Below are positions 31,897 through 33,966 of a stretch of DNA of 33,966 nucleotides, piece by piece (position 1 is the stretch's first letter; each line of letters begins with the position of its first letter). The position numbers and the translations under genes were made by a program. The notes below the pieces were generated by a model, which was not told the origin of the DNA, made no database searches, and worked only from the letters and a program-made list of their open reading frames with translations. The DNA is from a virus (Duplodnaviria > Caudoviricetes): positions 1-33,966 of IMG/VR virus record IMGVR_UViG_3300037601_000028, one strand, 5' to 3'.

Positions 31897-33744
31897 CTAA
31901 GAAACAGTCGATCCATTGCGTGGGATCTCGTGATCTCCTGTAATGCGCCAAGACGTGTCCACCTTGATATCGTGGTATTTGTACACATTCCCGGTGGACT
32001 TCCTGAAACCGAGCTGGTCAGTCAGCCGCGTGCCGAAGCTCTTTTGGCTTGCCGGTATAAGAGCATTCATTTCACACCATTCGCGATAGAGCTTGTAGAG
32101 CGGCCCGGCCTGAATTTCCCCGCCGGGATCAGGCGAAATGCACCGCTCGACAAACGAACCGATATTGTCGCGCTCATTGCGGTATTCCTCGGTGAACTGG
32201 CGCACTGAGGGCGGAATGAACGGCTCAAGGCCATACTGCAGATAGTTGACAAGGCCGGTCACCAGCCAATTCAGGATCCCCGAGCGCTCGGCATCGAGCT
32301 TGGCTGCCAACATGGACGGGATCATGCGTTCGCCCTCGGGGATGGTCACGCCCCAATGCACGATCAACAGGCGCCGCCAGATGCCGTAGTCGCTGCCCGA
32401 GATCATCGGCTTGGTGTTGCCTGACATGATCGGTGTAAAGATCGGTTCAAACTCAAAAATGTCTTTCTGCAGGAAGCGCGCTGTCATTTTCGTGCCGCCG
32501 GTTAGCGCCTTGATCAGATCTTCCTTGAGCGGCGCATTTTTCGGCAATTCCTCGATCGTCGCCAGGCGCGCATTGTGCAGGCGGGCAATGTCCGGGCTGG
32601 CCTGCTGGCCACCGCGCTGATTGTCGCCAGTGATGGTTTCCGGGCCGACAACGGTGCGATAGGTGCCAGCCAGGCGGCCCAGCACTTCAATGAACGCGCT
32701 CTTGCCGTTCGCTCCGGTGCCGAAGTGATAGACCACCTTCTGTTCGTCATTGCCGGCGATCAGCAGCGCATAGGCATGAAACACCTGCAGGAAGGCTCGG
32801 ATCGCGGGATCTGGCTGCAGCTTGCCCAAAAACTCGGTTTCAAAGAATGGGCAGGTGGCGTTTTCGTCATAGTCCACATCAGCCATCTTCGTGATCAGGT
32901 CCGCGCGCTCATGGCCGTCCACAAAGCGGAACTTGCCCACCATGGCATCGCCCTCGGCCGGGCCATCAGGATCGGGCTCGCGCCAGAATTCCAGCGTGCC
33001 ATTGCGCAAGTTGAACTTCATCCGGCTGGCGTCGAGTTTGTCGGCCTCGACCGCCCGATGGCTGGCCGCCTGCAGAAGCATGGCGCCGGTCTTTCCGGCA
33101 TTGCCCGATTGAATGGCGAATTTTTCCCGATCGGCGCGCTTTTTGGACCGCTGCGCAATGGCACTATCGGCGTTTTTGATCAGCTCGCGATCGGCCTGCG
33201 TCTTTTCTTCCTCGGGGATCTGCCGGCGCGGCCGTGCCGCCTGGAGCAATCGCGCCTGGCCGGGCGTGTACTCAATAAAGGCCCGTTCAAGCTTGATCAG
33301 ATCGACCAGTTCTTGCGCCAGCAGCCGAATGCGCAGCTCGCCATCATCCCGCTGCCAGAACCGGCCAGACCAGACCAGCCAGCCCATGCCCTGCACATAG
33401 GCCATGTCTGCTCCAAAATGCTTGACCAAGCGCCGGCCATTGTCGCGATCGTTCGGGTCGAGCTGGGCGCATTCACCAATGCAGAAGCGCCGTTCATCAT
33501 CCAACTGATCAAGCGCATCGGCCGCCGGGTCATCATCATCTTGCGCCGGCGCGTCGCTGTCATCATCAGGTATTGCGCCGGGATCGTCGGCCTCGGGCAT
33601 TGGCGGTCCGCCCATATCCTCTTGGCCTTCCGGCGCCCCCTCGCCATCCTCGATCGGATCGATATCAACGTCCCGCTGGCGGCCCATGGCTCGTTTGACC
33701 GCTGCCGCTTTGTCGGCACCGGCCGCCTTGGTTCTCTTGGTCAA
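31897..33744 (-). CDS. P4-family / D5-like SF3 helicase ('phage/plasmid primase, P4 family')
   Basis: D5_N-like NGRRL..HFG…W..WSGRFW; GTGANGKS Walker A; IKALTGG..MTARFL; DYGIWRRL; C-terminal wHTH LY..Y..WC. Confidence 0.93.
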   Translation of the reverse strand: MTKRTKAAGADKAAAVKRAMGRQRDVDIDPIEDGEGAPEGQEDMGGPPMPEADDPGAIPDDDSDAPAQDDDDPAADALDQLDDERRFCIGECAQLDPNDRDNGRRLVKHFGADMAYVQGMGWLVWSGRFWQRDDGELRIRLLAQELVDLIKLERAFIEYTPGQARLLQAARPRRQIPEEEKTQADRELIKNADSAIAQRSKKRADREKFAIQSGNAGKTGAMLLQAASHRAVEADKLDASRMKFNLRNGTLEFWREPDPDGPAEGDAMVGKFRFVDGHERADLITKMADVDYDENATCPFFETEFLGKLQPDPAIRAFLQVFHAYALLIAGNDEQKVVYHFGTGANGKSAFIEVLGRLAGTYRTVVGPETITGDNQRGGQQASPDIARLHNARLATIEELPKNAPLKEDLIKALTGGTKMTARFLQKDIFEFEPIFTPIMSGNTKPMISGSDYGIWRRLLIVHWGVTIPEGERMIPSMLAAKLDAERSGILNWLVTGLVNYLQYGLEPFIPPSVRQFTEEYRNERDNIGSFVERCISPDPGGEIQAGPLYKLYREWCEMNALIPASQKSFGTRLTDQLGFRKSTGNVYKYHDIKVDTSWRITGDHEIPRNGSTVS

Positions 33745-33755
33745 TGGTCTGCCCC

Positions 33756-33965
33756 TTAGTCTTGAAGTCCGTCGATCGTCATGGCCGCGTCGATAGAAGG
33801 CGGCATGACCAGGTCGTTAATGTCACCACCACTTTCGGGCGCCTCGACAAAGCGCGTCACCAGCGGCGGCAATTCGGGATTGGTTTTGCGGGCCAGCTCG
33901 CGCAGGCGCTTGTGGCGCCTTAGCCCCCTGATCAGCTTGGCATCGGTATTGCGGCCGCCGCTCTC
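33756..33965 (-). CDS. 3' end of a probable Toprim primase (partial)
   Basis: Open frame from the window edge …FVEAPESGGDINDLV…QD*, matching the Toprim P.G.D.ND motif, upstream of the helicase. Confidence 0.65.
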   Translation of the reverse strand, partial: ESGGRNTDAKLIRGLRRHKRLRELARKTNPELPPLVTRFVEAPESGGDINDLVMPPSIDAAMTIDGLQD

Positions 33966-33966
33966 G

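Larger units (their letters stand above)
262..33966 (-). mobile_element. Temperate prophage (lambda-like head, P2-like contractile tail, P4-like replication); continues beyond the right edge
   Basis: Contiguous terminase-portal-protease-capsid-baseplate-sheath-tube-tape measure-lysis genes on the minus strand; primase/helicase at right; tRNA 3'-end duplicate at 262-277. Confidence 0.95.

Overview
This is GC-rich alphaproteobacterial DNA (Hyphomicrobiales/Devosia-like, inferred from LexA and CtrA motifs and gene types). Almost all of it is one end of a temperate prophage. A 16-bp copy of a tRNA-Gly 3' end at 262-277, with flanking arm-like repeats, marks the probable attachment site. Positions 278-3270 would then be phage cargo: an SOS-boxed zinc-finger pseudogene, a secreted FecR protein with a Gly/Asn repeat tail, a FlbD-like gene, a CtrA-boxed small gene and a TadG remnant. 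The minus strand carries a ~26.5-kb late operon (29718->3273) with a lambda-like head and packaging module, a P2-like contractile tail and a holin/endolysin/spanin cassette. To its right lie a putative late regulator with promoter and terminator, an iteron/hairpin origin candidate, an inserted NDT-like gene and P4/D5-type primase-helicase genes. The most notable points are a T-even gp38-like polyglycine adhesin with a Tyr-rich, foreign-looking insert, a capsid protein with a signal-peptide-like N-terminus, a lambda-like cosQ/cosN, a GGGAAAG -1 frameshift and a two-gene envelope moron. All family calls come from motif recognition by eye, not from database searches.
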